Assembly: GCA_039208735.1 (NCBI GenBank)
Contig: JBCCQY010000033.1
Coordinates: 1-64,000 of the forward strand
Source of the DNA: Myxococcota bacterium
Lineage (GTDB): Bacteria > Myxococcota_A > UBA796 > GCA-2862545
Length of the DNA stretch: 64,000 nucleotides
Direction of reading: 5' to 3'
How positions within the stretch are numbered: position 1 is the first letter of the stretch; each line of letters begins with the position of its first letter. Of this stretch, positions 1 through 9,180 are shown piece after piece. The notes under the pieces are model-generated. The model did no database searches and was not told the DNA's origin. It saw only the letters and a list, made by a program, of their open reading frames with translations. The translations under genes were made by a program, and so were the position numbers.

Positions 1-1198
1 CCACCACGCGCGACGGTTCGAAGAAGGGGTCGGACAGCGGCAGCGCTCCGTTGATGGACGTACAGAATTGTGGCGTTTCGGGCTTCTGCAAGCCTGGCAC
101 CACCTCGGAAAGGTCTACGCCGACCACGTTCGCCCACGCTTCCTGCACCGAAACGGTCTTGTCCGGCACGTTCACAAGGTCCACGCAATCGAGCAGAACC
201 TCGGAGACCACGAGTTCCCCTCGCTCGGCCGCCTGTTGGGTGGCGAGGTTCGCGACGGTGATGCAGCCTCCGTCAAACGATGCGACCAATCCATTTTGCA
301 ACCACCCACCAGTGCCTTGGCGAAACAACACTCCGATGTCGCCGTCAGCCGCGGAGGGAGCCGCAATGACCGTAAACTGCGACAAGGTTGGGGCGGACCG
401 AGGCAGCCGCTCGTTATCGATCGCGTTGTTATCAGCCTCAATCCCGTTGTCTCCACCATCTGGCCACTGCTGGAGAATCAGAAACTGAGCGTGGCCTCGC
501 CACCCGTCGGTCCAGTCCAGCGCGTCTTCCCCGGAGCCTGTGACCACGACCCGTCTAAGCCCGACCGTCCCTCCACGAATGTCGAGCCCGTCGCCTGCGG
601 ATCGATGGATCTGCACGTCCTCCAGTTCGGTGGCCGCGCCGACCCCATACAGGCCAAGCCCGGCCATGGCTGTGCCGTTGGGCAGGGCGGCCCCTGCAAA
701 CTCGATGCGAACGTAGGACAATCGACCCGAATCGTGGTTTTCCAGCGACCCGCCATGCAGGCCCAGCCCGGGGATTTCCACGATAGCCCCGGCATTGGTG
801 GGGGCTGCACCATGCAGTACGAGCCCGCCCCAATCGCCGGCCTGCCGCGTTCCAGGGCGCGCCGATGAGGTGAACACGATGGGCTCGGTCGCGGTGCCAA
901 GGGCCACCATTCGGGCCCCCCGATGCACCACCACCCGCGACGCATTTCCTGCCTCAGCCAAAAGGACCGTCCCCGCTGCGATGGTGAGCGTAGGGCCCAC
1001 TTCGCTCGGATCGGCAAGCGGATCGCCGACCTCCACCGAACCACCAATGCGGAGGCAGCCCGGTCCCACCGACGTGTCCTGGAGAATGCGTTCCGGAAGG
1101 ACCCCTTCACAGCTCGCCACGGTGAATCCGGAGTCCAAGGTCGGAAATGCCGCATCTTGCAAGCTCGGAGGGACCGAGCACGCCATCATCCATAGCAT
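1..1198 (-). CDS. Beta-helix (pectin-lyase-like fold) putative lipoprotein; 3' end runs off the window; tandem paralog of 1198..2463
   Basis: Not in the ORF track because there is no stop inside the window. Manual translation from ATG 1198 (TGATG overlap with the upstream stop) gives MLWMMACSVPP...VVHRGARMVALGTATEPIVFTS...GDWGGLVLHGAAPTNAG...DSGRLSYVRIEFAG...GLGLYGVGAAT...GDGLDIRGGTV...DALDWTDGW...GDNGIEADNN. It is open to base 1 and colinear with the neighbour. Confidence 0.85.
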   Translation of the reverse strand, partial: MLWMMACSVPPSLQDAAFPTLDSGFTVASCEGVLPERILQDTSVGPGCLRIGGSVEVGDPLADPSEVGPTLTIAAGTVLLAEAGNASRVVVHRGARMVALGTATEPIVFTSSARPGTRQAGDWGGLVLHGAAPTNAGAIVEIPGLGLHGGSLENHDSGRLSYVRIEFAGAALPNGTAMAGLGLYGVGAATELEDVQIHRSAGDGLDIRGGTVGLRRVVVTGSGEDALDWTDGWRGHAQFLILQQWPDGGDNGIEADNNAIDNERLPRSAPTLSQFTVIAAPSAADGDIGVLFRQGTGGWLQNGLVASFDGGCITVANLATQQAAERGELVVSEVLLDCVDLVNVPDKTVSVQEAWANVVGVDLSEVVPGLQKPETPQFCTSINGALPLSDPFFEPSRVV

Positions 1199-2463
1199 CA
1201 CGGTCCCTCCAGCTCGTTCGTGGTCCATCCGGCGGTCCAATCCGCATCGGGATCACACCCTCCGACAACGGCACTGTCGACGAACCCCGGCCCCACGGCG
1301 GGCACCGCTCCCGGCAATGCCACGCAGAACGAGGGCGTCACCGGATCTTGCAGGTCTGCCACCACCTTGCTGAAGTCGGTGGGCGCAACGTCGGTCCACG
1401 TGGGCGGCACCATCAGCAGTTCGGGCCCCACCAGCGGCACCACACTGCCCAAACGTGCCACCTCCACCACCAACGTGCCGTCGTAGGCCTCGGTGAACGT
1501 GCTGCCATCCAGCGCCACATCGCCCCCATCAAAGCCCACCACCACCAGGTTTGCGAAGCGACCCTGCGTGCCTTGACGCAGGGTGAGCCCACGAACCTCC
1601 GGCGCGCTGGACCGGCCGATCAGGCTCACTTGTGAAACCCGTGGGGCGGAGGCCGGTCGGGGGGTGGATTTGCCATCGGCCGTCCGACCATCGAGCCCAT
1701 GCGATCCCGTTGGAGCCTGCTGGACAACCCAAAACTGGCCTCCGCCCTGCCACCCTTCAGTGTACCGAACGCCGCGTCCCTGCGACCCCGTGACGAGCAG
1801 GTTCGACACAAAGACGGTGCCACCTCGAAGGGCCACCCCGTCGCCGGCCGCCCCGTGCACCTGGACCCCGCGCACCTGGGTGCTCGCCCCCACGCCATAC
1901 AATCCAAGGCCCGGCATTCGCACGCCGGTGTTGAGCGAAGCCCCCGCCCACTCGATTCGGACGAACCTCAAAATTCCACTGCCATCGTCTGGATTGTCAC
2001 CGCCGAAGACGCCCTGTTCGGGGAGGACCGCGACCGCTCCAGCGTTGATGGGGGCCTGTCCGGTCAGCACCAATCCCCCCCAATCGCCTGGGCCTCGCTC
2101 CCCTTTGGGCCGATCTGCCGTAAAGATGATTGGCGCATCCGAGGTGCCTTGCGCTTCGAGGCGGGCTCCCCGATGGACGATCAGTCGGGCGTCGAGGCCG
2201 GCGAGGATCGTCACCCCCGCTTCGATCCGGAGGGTGACCGGTTCTGGATCCTTGGCGAGGGGATCGCCGACATCCACTCGGCCCGCAAGCCAATAGACGC
2301 AGCCCTCCCGAAGGCGCAGATCACGAGAAAGCCGCCCCTCGAGTCTGGACTCTCCGCAACCCCCATCCGCTCCGGTGTCTGCGGTGATGACTTCTTGCCC
2401 AGGTTCCACCTCAGGCACGCGGCCACACCCGACAAGTACCCCCAGCAACCCGATTCGCAGCAT
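1198..2463 (-). CDS. Beta-helix (pectin-lyase-like fold) lipoprotein of unknown function
   Basis: 421 aa with lipobox LVGC. Family motifs PIIFTA, GDWGGLVLTGQAPIN, DGSGILRFVRIEWAG, GLGLYGVG and C-terminal WTAGWT. Confidence 0.8.
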   Translation of the reverse strand: MLRIGLLGVLVGCGRVPEVEPGQEVITADTGADGGCGESRLEGRLSRDLRLREGCVYWLAGRVDVGDPLAKDPEPVTLRIEAGVTILAGLDARLIVHRGARLEAQGTSDAPIIFTADRPKGERGPGDWGGLVLTGQAPINAGAVAVLPEQGVFGGDNPDDGSGILRFVRIEWAGASLNTGVRMPGLGLYGVGASTQVRGVQVHGAAGDGVALRGGTVFVSNLLVTGSQGRGVRYTEGWQGGGQFWVVQQAPTGSHGLDGRTADGKSTPRPASAPRVSQVSLIGRSSAPEVRGLTLRQGTQGRFANLVVVGFDGGDVALDGSTFTEAYDGTLVVEVARLGSVVPLVGPELLMVPPTWTDVAPTDFSKVVADLQDPVTPSFCVALPGAVPAVGPGFVDSAVVGGCDPDADWTAGWTTNELEGP

Positions 2464-2641
2464 CGTTCCCCCGATGTGTGCCTGCAGTGCCTACGGAGCG
2501 GCGCGACTCGAGCCTCGCATCCGAGAGCCCTGGGGTGAAGCCCCCTCGAAACGGATCCGCCCCATTCCTGGCGCCAACGGGACCCTTGGCCTGCAGCGAA
2601 ATGTGACATCCGCAGGATCCGCACGGTCGCTACGAGGCGGC

Positions 2642-3691
2642 GTGCACATCGCATCTGTCGGCACCGCGCTTCCCAAGCACTCCTACGACCAGGAGGAGCT
2701 GCTCGCCGCGTTCATGCGCGTTTGGGGAACCCAACACCACAACCCTGCCCGAGTCGAGCAACTGCACCGGGCCGTGCAAGTTGGCGGACGGCACCTCGCG
2801 CTACCCATGGAAGCGTACGAGGAACTGCGAGGCTTTGGCGACGCCAATCGAGCCTTCATCGAGGTCGCCACCGAAGTCGGCGAAGCGGCCGTGCGCAACG
2901 CGCTCGACCAAGCGGGTCTCGGTCCCAAGGACGTCGACGCAATCTACTTCACCACCGTCACCGGGGTGGCTGCGCCCTCCATCGACGCCCGCTTGGTGAA
3001 TCGACTGGGATTGCGTCCCGACGTCAAGCGGTTGCCGCTGTTCGGACTTGGGTGTGTCGCCGGAGTGGCCGGCACGGCGCGGGTCTTCGACTACCTACGC
3101 GCCTGGCCCGACCAGGTGGCATTGCTGCTGTCGGTCGAGCTGTGCTCACTGACATTGCAGCGAGCTGACCTCTCCATTCCCAACCTCATCGCTTCAGGGC
3201 TCTTTGGCGACGGGAGTGCTGCGCTGGTCGCCACGGGGGCCCAACGGGCGACCCAAGGGCCTCGCGTCTTGGCCACCCAAAGCCGGTTCTACCCAAACAC
3301 CGAGCAGGTCATGGGCTGGGACATTGGGGACTCCGGATTCAAAATCGTACTGTCGGCCGATGTGCCTGCCATGGTGGACCGCCACCTCCGCGCCGATGTC
3401 GATGCCTTCCTCAACGCCCATGGTCTCGACCGCTCCAACATCGGCACGTGGGTGTGCCACACCGGCGGTCCCAAAGTGCTGGCCGCCTTTGAGACGTCCC
3501 TCGAACTGCCCGACGGCGCCCTTGAGCGCTCCTGGACTTCGCTGCGGGAAGTGGGCAACCTGTCCAGCGCATCGGTGCTGTTCGTGCTGGCGGACACCTT
3601 GGCCAATGCCCACCCCGCCCCCGGCTCCTACGGCATGATGATTGCGATGGGACCTGGTTTTTGTTCGGAGATGGTGCTCCTGCAATGGTAA
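2642..3691 (+). CDS. Type III polyketide synthase (chalcone-synthase family; FtpA/SrsA/BpsA-like)
   Basis: Catalytic triad motifs LGCVAG (Cys), CHTGGPKV (His) and GNLSSAS (Asn), plus LFGDG and AMGPGF. GTG start at 2642 after GAGG. Confidence 0.95.
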   Translation: MHIASVGTALPKHSYDQEELLAAFMRVWGTQHHNPARVEQLHRAVQVGGRHLALPMEAYEELRGFGDANRAFIEVATEVGEAAVRNALDQAGLGPKDVDAIYFTTVTGVAAPSIDARLVNRLGLRPDVKRLPLFGLGCVAGVAGTARVFDYLRAWPDQVALLLSVELCSLTLQRADLSIPNLIASGLFGDGSAALVATGAQRATQGPRVLATQSRFYPNTEQVMGWDIGDSGFKIVLSADVPAMVDRHLRADVDAFLNAHGLDRSNIGTWVCHTGGPKVLAAFETSLELPDGALERSWTSLREVGNLSSASVLFVLADTLANAHPAPGSYGMMIAMGPGFCSEMVLLQW

Positions 3692-4221
3692 GCCAGACGG
3701 CCTACACCGCCCTCATCGCGATGGTCGCGCTGGAGCGGCTTGCGGAACTCGTCGTCTCCCGACGCAATGCCGCCTGGAGCTTCCGCCAAGGCGGAGTCGA
3801 GCACGGCCGTGGCCACTGGCCATTCATGGTGCTGCTCCACACCGCATTCCTGGTGGCCTGCCCCCTCGAAGTCTGGGCCCTCGATCGGACCTTCCTTGCT
3901 GCCTTGGGTTGGCCCATGCTCCTCGTTGTTGTGGGGGCCCAGGCGCTGCGATGGTGGTGCATCACTACACTAGGCCATCAATGGAACACCCGCGTCATCG
4001 TTGTGCCTGGTCTGCCGCGTATTTCCGGAGGGCCGTACCGATTCGTGTCCCATCCGAATTACGTCGCGGTGGTTCTGGAAGGGTTTGCCCTACCGTTGGT
4101 GCACACCGCGTGGATCACAGCCCTTGCGTTCACCGTGCTCAATGCGGCCTTGCTCGCCGTACGAATCCGGTGCGAGAACGAAGCCCTGGCGTCCCTGGAG
4201 GCCCCGAGTGGCCAAGCCTGA
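3685..4221 (+). CDS. Isoprenylcysteine carboxyl methyltransferase (ICMT) family membrane methyltransferase (FtpB/SrsB/BpsB-like)
   Basis: Motifs ERLAELVVSRRN, LGHQWNTRV, GPYRFVSHPNY and RIRCENEAL. Overlaps the PKS stop codon. Confidence 0.92.
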   Translation: MVSQTAYTALIAMVALERLAELVVSRRNAAWSFRQGGVEHGRGHWPFMVLLHTAFLVACPLEVWALDRTFLAALGWPMLLVVVGAQALRWWCITTLGHQWNTRVIVVPGLPRISGGPYRFVSHPNYVAVVLEGFALPLVHTAWITALAFTVLNAALLAVRIRCENEALASLEAPSGQA

Positions 4222-4450
4222 AGAAGTCCGCGCGCAGATCGTCGCTGTGGTCCGCGAGGAACTGAAGTTCGCGGGCCCGCTTCCGGAAGGAGACTTGTCC
4301 GAGGTGCTCGACAGCATCCAACGGCTCGCCTTGGTCGTCGCCATCGAGGATCATTTCGAGATCTGCTTCGATCCCGAAGACGACGCCCAGGCCACCACCC
4401 TCAACGACGTCGTGCGCATCGTGTGTGCGCGGCTCGAGGAGTCGTCGTGA
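4208..4450 (+). CDS. Acyl carrier protein (FtpC-like)
   Basis: 80-aa acidic protein with phosphopantetheine site LDSIQRLALVVAIEDHF. GTG start overlaps the upstream gene. Confidence 0.88.
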   Translation: MAKPEEVRAQIVAVVREELKFAGPLPEGDLSEVLDSIQRLALVVAIEDHFEICFDPEDDAQATTLNDVVRIVCARLEESS

Positions 4451-6189
4451 TCGGCGAGCGACCTCACGAAACCTTGGTGTGGCACCTCGAGCATGTCGCG
4501 GCCAACGCCCCGCCCGAGGATGTGCTCACCCTGGTCGACCGGCGCGAAAACGAGGTGTCACTGCACTGGTCGGAGGTGTTTGCCCGCGCCCAACGAGCCG
4601 CGTACGCCCTTTGGCAACACGGCATCCGACCCGGCGACCGCGTGGCCATCGTGCTCCAAACCGAGGTCGCATTCTTCGACACCTTCTTTGGATGCCAGCT
4701 GCTGGGTGCCGTCCCCACGCCGCTGTACCCTCCGGTTCGCCTAGGGCGACTCGAAGAATACATCGACCGCACGGTCGCGATGCTTGCCGCCGTCGAAGCG
4801 TCCGCCCTCGTGACGAGCCGCCGCATTCGCTCGTTGCTGGGTCAGGTCGTGGCGCGCGCCTCGCTTCGGCACGGGGTGCTCGAGGCAGGAACCCTCGCTG
4901 AGGGCGGGGTCGAGGTCGCCTTGCCAACGCATCAGCTCGATGACCTCGCGATGGTGCAGTTTTCGTCGGGTACCACCCAACGTCCCAAACCCATCGCCCT
5001 GACCCACCGTCAAGTCACGGCGAACGTCCGCATGATCCTCGACTTTCTTCCCCTCGACGCAGGGTTTAAGCAGGTCGGCGGATCGTGGCTGCCGCTTTAC
5101 CACGACATGGGACTCATCGGATGTGTGTTCGTGGCGGTGATGGGCCCGGGCCCGCTCGCACTGATTCCTCCGGAAGTGTTCCTGGCAAAGCCTGCGATCT
5201 GGCTTCGTACGTTGGCAAAGCACCGCGTCACGGTGTGCCCGGCGCCCAACTTTGCCTACGCGTTGTGTGCAGAACGCATCACCGACGAAGAGATCGCGGG
5301 CATTGACCTTTCGAGTTGGCGACTCGCACTCAATGGCGCCGAGCCCGTCGCGCCTTCGAGCCTGCGGCGGTTTGCCGACCGATTCGCCGCCTACGGCCTC
5401 CGCCCCGAAGCCCTCACCCCGGTGTACGGGTTGGCCGAAGCCTCCTTAGCGGTCACGTTTTCAGACCCGAGCCGGCCGTTCACGACCCTCGCCTTCGACC
5501 GTGAGGCCGTGGCGGAGGGCATCGCGAAGCTCGCTACCGATCCCGCCGAGGGTCTTGAACTGGCGAGTGTGGGAACACCGCTCCGGCAAACCACCGTGGC
5601 CATTCGAAATGCCGACCACACCGACCTGCCAGAGGGCCACGTAGGTCGGATCTGGGCGCAGAGCCCTTCGGTGATGCGGGGCTACCTCGATCGTGAGGAG
5701 CAACCGTTCCGCGAGGGGTGGCTCGATACGGGCGACCTCGGGTTCTTATGGCAAGGGGAACTCTACATCACGGGTCGCGAAAAGGACGTGGTCATCGTAG
5801 CGGGTCAGAATCATGCCGCCGCCGACCTCGAGATTGCGACCGAAAGCCTGCCCGAAGTTCGCACCGGTTGCGTCGTCGCCGCCTCCGATGTGGACAACGA
5901 CGGCGAACGGTTGATGATGTTCGTCGAGTGTCGCACCCAGCGCGAGGGGCTCGCCGAAGACTGCCGCAAAGCGGTGCTCGCCCGCACGGGGCTCAACCCT
6001 GATTTGGTGTTGCTCCTCGACCCCGGAACGTTGCCCCGGACCTCGAGCGGGAAGATCCGACGTCGAGAGACGGTGCGTCGCTTCAAGGCTGGCGAACTCT
6101 CTCCCCCCAAGCAGGTCACCCCGTGGCTCGTCGCCGGGGCGATGGCGAAGAGTGCCTGGGGCTACCTGTCGCAGTGGACCCGCACGTAG
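4447..6189 (+). CDS. Fatty acyl-AMP ligase (FAAL; FtpD-like)
   Basis: Motifs QFSSGTT, SWLPLYHDMGLIG, PNFAY, YGLAEASL, DTGDLG and PRTSSGKIRR. GTGA overlap with the ACP gene. Confidence 0.93.
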   Translation: MIGERPHETLVWHLEHVAANAPPEDVLTLVDRRENEVSLHWSEVFARAQRAAYALWQHGIRPGDRVAIVLQTEVAFFDTFFGCQLLGAVPTPLYPPVRLGRLEEYIDRTVAMLAAVEASALVTSRRIRSLLGQVVARASLRHGVLEAGTLAEGGVEVALPTHQLDDLAMVQFSSGTTQRPKPIALTHRQVTANVRMILDFLPLDAGFKQVGGSWLPLYHDMGLIGCVFVAVMGPGPLALIPPEVFLAKPAIWLRTLAKHRVTVCPAPNFAYALCAERITDEEIAGIDLSSWRLALNGAEPVAPSSLRRFADRFAAYGLRPEALTPVYGLAEASLAVTFSDPSRPFTTLAFDREAVAEGIAKLATDPAEGLELASVGTPLRQTTVAIRNADHTDLPEGHVGRIWAQSPSVMRGYLDREEQPFREGWLDTGDLGFLWQGELYITGREKDVVIVAGQNHAAADLEIATESLPEVRTGCVVAASDVDNDGERLMMFVECRTQREGLAEDCRKAVLARTGLNPDLVLLLDPGTLPRTSSGKIRRRETVRRFKAGELSPPKQVTPWLVAGAMAKSAWGYLSQWTRT

Positions 6190-6242
6190 CAAGCCAAGGC
6201 GCGCGGTAGGCTGGTCTCCCTGGAATCGAGAGGGATCGAACC

Positions 6243-6851
6243 ATGAAGCTGTACTTCGCACCTCAGTCTCGCGCCGTCCGGACCGCCTGGCTCCTGCACG
6301 AACTTGGCGTCGAATTCGAACTCCACCGCTTCGCGGGCCTCACCGACAAGGCGATGCGTTCGCCAGAGTACAGGGCCATCAACCCAAATGGACGGGTGCC
6401 CGTGCTCGACGATGGGGACGTCCGCCTTTCGGAAAGCACCGCCATCGCACAGTACCTCCTCGCTCGCTACGGCGAGGGTCGCTTGGCCCCCGAGGTGTCC
6501 ACCCCGCAATTTCCGGTGTATCTCCAATGGCTTCACTACGGTGAGGGCATGATCATGGCGCCCATGGGCAGCTTTGTGGTCGAGACGATCCTGCTGCCGC
6601 CCGAGCGTCGTTCGGAAGTGCACGCCAAGCGGGCGTTGAAACTCATGGGACGCGTGCTGAAGGCCGTCGACGCCCACCTCGAAGGCCGGGAGTACCTCGT
6701 CGGTGATTTCACAGCGGCCGACACCATCACGGGGCATGCCTGCTGGACCTCGCAACGCATGGGGGTGGACGTCAGCGAGATGCCGCATCTTCGCGCCTAC
6801 ATCGAGCGACTCGAAAGCCGACCCGGGTTTCAGGAGGCGCTGGCCCTGTAG
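6243..6851 (+). CDS. Glutathione S-transferase family protein
   Basis: Motifs MKLYFAPQSRA, INPNGRVPVL, LSESTAIAQYL and YLVGDFTAAD. Confidence 0.93.
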   Translation: MKLYFAPQSRAVRTAWLLHELGVEFELHRFAGLTDKAMRSPEYRAINPNGRVPVLDDGDVRLSESTAIAQYLLARYGEGRLAPEVSTPQFPVYLQWLHYGEGMIMAPMGSFVVETILLPPERRSEVHAKRALKLMGRVLKAVDAHLEGREYLVGDFTAADTITGHACWTSQRMGVDVSEMPHLRAYIERLESRPGFQEALAL

Positions 6852-6883
6852 GTCACGATACAGCGCGACGCAGAGAGGGACGC

Positions 6884-7927
6884 GTGCTGGACGTCGCGAT
6901 TGCCGGAGGAGGCCCTGCGGGACTGGCCACCGCCATCTTAGCGGCGCAAGCCGGGCGCGAGGTCACGGTCTTCGAACCTCGTGAGGGCGTCATTGACAAA
7001 GCCTGTGGGGAGGGCCTGATGCCCGGGGCGGTTGACGCCCTGGCCGAGATGGGCGTCACCCCACAGATGCAGCATCCGTTCGTGGGCATTCGCTACATTG
7101 ATGGCGATCGAACCGCCGAAGCTCGGTTTACTCGTGGGCCAGGCCTCGGCGTTCGACGGACGGCACTCCACGGGGCCCTCCGCCGTCGCGCCCAGGCGCT
7201 AGGTGTCCGCATCGAAACCGCCAAGGTGCAGGATGTGCAGCCACAGAACGACCGTGTCGTCGTCAACGGCATGCCCGCGCGTTGGCTGGTCGCTGCGGAC
7301 GGTCTGTATTCCCCCATCCGACGGTCCCTCGGCCTTGACCGCCCCCCAAGGCGTCGAGCCCGCATGGGCCTTCGTCGTCACTTCGCCCAAGCTCCGTGGT
7401 CGCCGTTCGTCGAGGTGTATTGGTCACCCGGCGCCGAAGCCTACGTCACCCCCGTCTCGCCTTCGCAAATCGGGGTGGCCCTCTTGTTTGCCGGCGACCC
7501 ACTGCCCGACGGCAAAGGAGCAGACGGCCGATTCCATACCCTGCTCCGACGATTCCCCGAACTCGAGGCTCGTCTACGAGATCCCTGTACCGTCGTACGG
7601 GGTCGTGGCCCGTTCGAACGGCGCTCCCGCAAACGCCGGGTGGGTCGGCTGCTTTTTGTCGGTGATGCGGCGGGCTACCTCGACCCCATCACCGGCGAGG
7701 GCATTCGGCTGGGCATCGCTAGCGCCGAGGCGGCTGTGGCCTGCATCACAGAGGGCCGGGCAGACCGGTACGAGCGGCGCTGGCGACAGGCGACCTGGCG
7801 CTACTGGACGTTGACCGAGGGCCTTCTCGTGCTGCGCGACATCGCACCCGTCCGACGCCTCATGGTACCGTTCCTCCGAACGGTCCCCGGCGCCTTTTCG
7901 ACCATCGTGGGGCTACTCGCTGGCTAA
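6884..7927 (+). CDS. NAD(P)/FAD-dependent oxidoreductase/hydroxylase (geranylgeranyl-reductase-like; FtpE/SrsC-like)
   Basis: Rossmann motif GGGPAG, plus DKACGEG, VAADG and VGDAAGYLDPITGEG. Confidence 0.9.
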   Translation: MLDVAIAGGGPAGLATAILAAQAGREVTVFEPREGVIDKACGEGLMPGAVDALAEMGVTPQMQHPFVGIRYIDGDRTAEARFTRGPGLGVRRTALHGALRRRAQALGVRIETAKVQDVQPQNDRVVVNGMPARWLVAADGLYSPIRRSLGLDRPPRRRARMGLRRHFAQAPWSPFVEVYWSPGAEAYVTPVSPSQIGVALLFAGDPLPDGKGADGRFHTLLRRFPELEARLRDPCTVVRGRGPFERRSRKRRVGRLLFVGDAAGYLDPITGEGIRLGIASAEAAVACITEGRADRYERRWRQATWRYWTLTEGLLVLRDIAPVRRLMVPFLRTVPGAFSTIVGLLAG

Positions 7928-7947
7928 TGCCATGCCAAGGATCACCG

Positions 7948-8712
7948 ATGCGCCTCGTGACTTCGCTCGGCCTCATCATGGGGTTGGCGTGCGCCGGCAT
8001 TCGCCCTCCGGAGCCTCCGATGCCCGACTTGACCGGCCGCTTGACGGTTCATCCTCGTGGAAGCACCGACGCCGACAACGGCTACCTGGCTCACCAGCCT
8101 CCCGGCTACGGCGATGGTCGAGCACGTCCGTTGCTGGTGTTCTGGCATGGCATTGGTGAAAACGGCAACGGTCGCGACGAGTTGGCGCTGGTCGTTGAAA
8201 ACGGTCCCCCGCGACTCATCAACGAGGGACGGTGGCCTGATGATCGAAGCTTCATCGTGCTGTCCCCCCAGCATTCGGGCCGAGGCTGCCCCACCGCCGA
8301 TGAAATCCAGGCGTTCTTCACCTACGCCATCGAAGCCTACGACGTCGACCCCGCCCGGGTGTACCTCACCGGGCTGTCGTGTGGGGCGATCGGCGGCTGG
8401 TCGTACTTGGGTGAGTATGGGAAGTCTCAGATTGCGGCTGCTGTGCTCGTCGCGGGCGATGGCGTCAAACCCGTTTCCCGGGCCGGCTGTGAACTGGGAG
8501 ACCTTCCCATCTGGGCCTTCCACGGCGATGCCGACGGTGTCGTCCCCCCTAGCGGGTCCATCCAGGCCATGGAAGCGTTGGCGAAGTGCCCGGGGGCGGA
8601 ACACCGACGCCTCACCGTCTACCCCGGCGTAGAGCACGATTCGTGGACCATGACCTACGACGGCACCGCCGGACACGACATCTACAGCTGGTTGGCCCAG
8701 TTCACACGGTGA
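7948..8712 (+). CDS. Secreted/lipoprotein alpha/beta-hydrolase (predicted peptidase/esterase)
   Basis: Signal peptide ending GLAC. Motifs PLLVFWHGIGE, nucleophile elbow GLSCG, WAFHGDAD and HDSW. Confidence 0.85.
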   Translation: MRLVTSLGLIMGLACAGIRPPEPPMPDLTGRLTVHPRGSTDADNGYLAHQPPGYGDGRARPLLVFWHGIGENGNGRDELALVVENGPPRLINEGRWPDDRSFIVLSPQHSGRGCPTADEIQAFFTYAIEAYDVDPARVYLTGLSCGAIGGWSYLGEYGKSQIAAAVLVAGDGVKPVSRAGCELGDLPIWAFHGDADGVVPPSGSIQAMEALAKCPGAEHRRLTVYPGVEHDSWTMTYDGTAGHDIYSWLAQFTR

Positions 8713-8724
8713 GGGAGGCCTCGT

Positions 8725-9180
8725 TCACCCGCTGAATTCGACCAGCGTGTGGTCCTCACCGGCAAGCACCTCGTCGATGAGTCCGGCAATCACCGTCCAG
8801 TCGCCGCCCGCCAACCCAGCCCCAATGCGCGGGTAGCCAATGCGCTGCCCGGTGAACCGACGACCCACTGCGGCCATGGCGGCGCGCACGGCATCGTAGT
8901 CCACCTTCCGCCCGCGCCCCCGCCAATGCACCTGGGTGTACGCATTCACGACGGTAAACCGAACCCCATCGCGCAGTACTTCGGCCGTCGACACCGTTCC
9001 GAGTTTGGTCGCGTCGCCCTTCGGGGTCGCGCGATCTGCAGCGTAGGCCTCTGGAAACTGATCCCGGATCGACTTCGCAATGCCGGCTCCCATCGCACAC
9101 TGGCAATTGCATCCATGGACGATGACATCGAATTCGCCGGCAAGTGCCCGCGCCAGCAGATCTCCGTGGACCACCTTCAC
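8725..9180 (-). CDS. Macrodomain protein (Poa1p/TARG1-like, phage-type subfamily)
   Basis: Motifs GDLL, IVHGCNCQCAMGAGIAK, VVNAYTQ and YPRIGAGLAGGDW. GTG start overlaps the upstream stop (GTGA). Confidence 0.9.
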   Translation of the reverse strand: MKVVHGDLLARALAGEFDVIVHGCNCQCAMGAGIAKSIRDQFPEAYAADRATPKGDATKLGTVSTAEVLRDGVRFTVVNAYTQVHWRGRGRKVDYDAVRAAMAAVGRRFTGQRIGYPRIGAGLAGGDWTVIAGLIDEVLAGEDHTLVEFSG

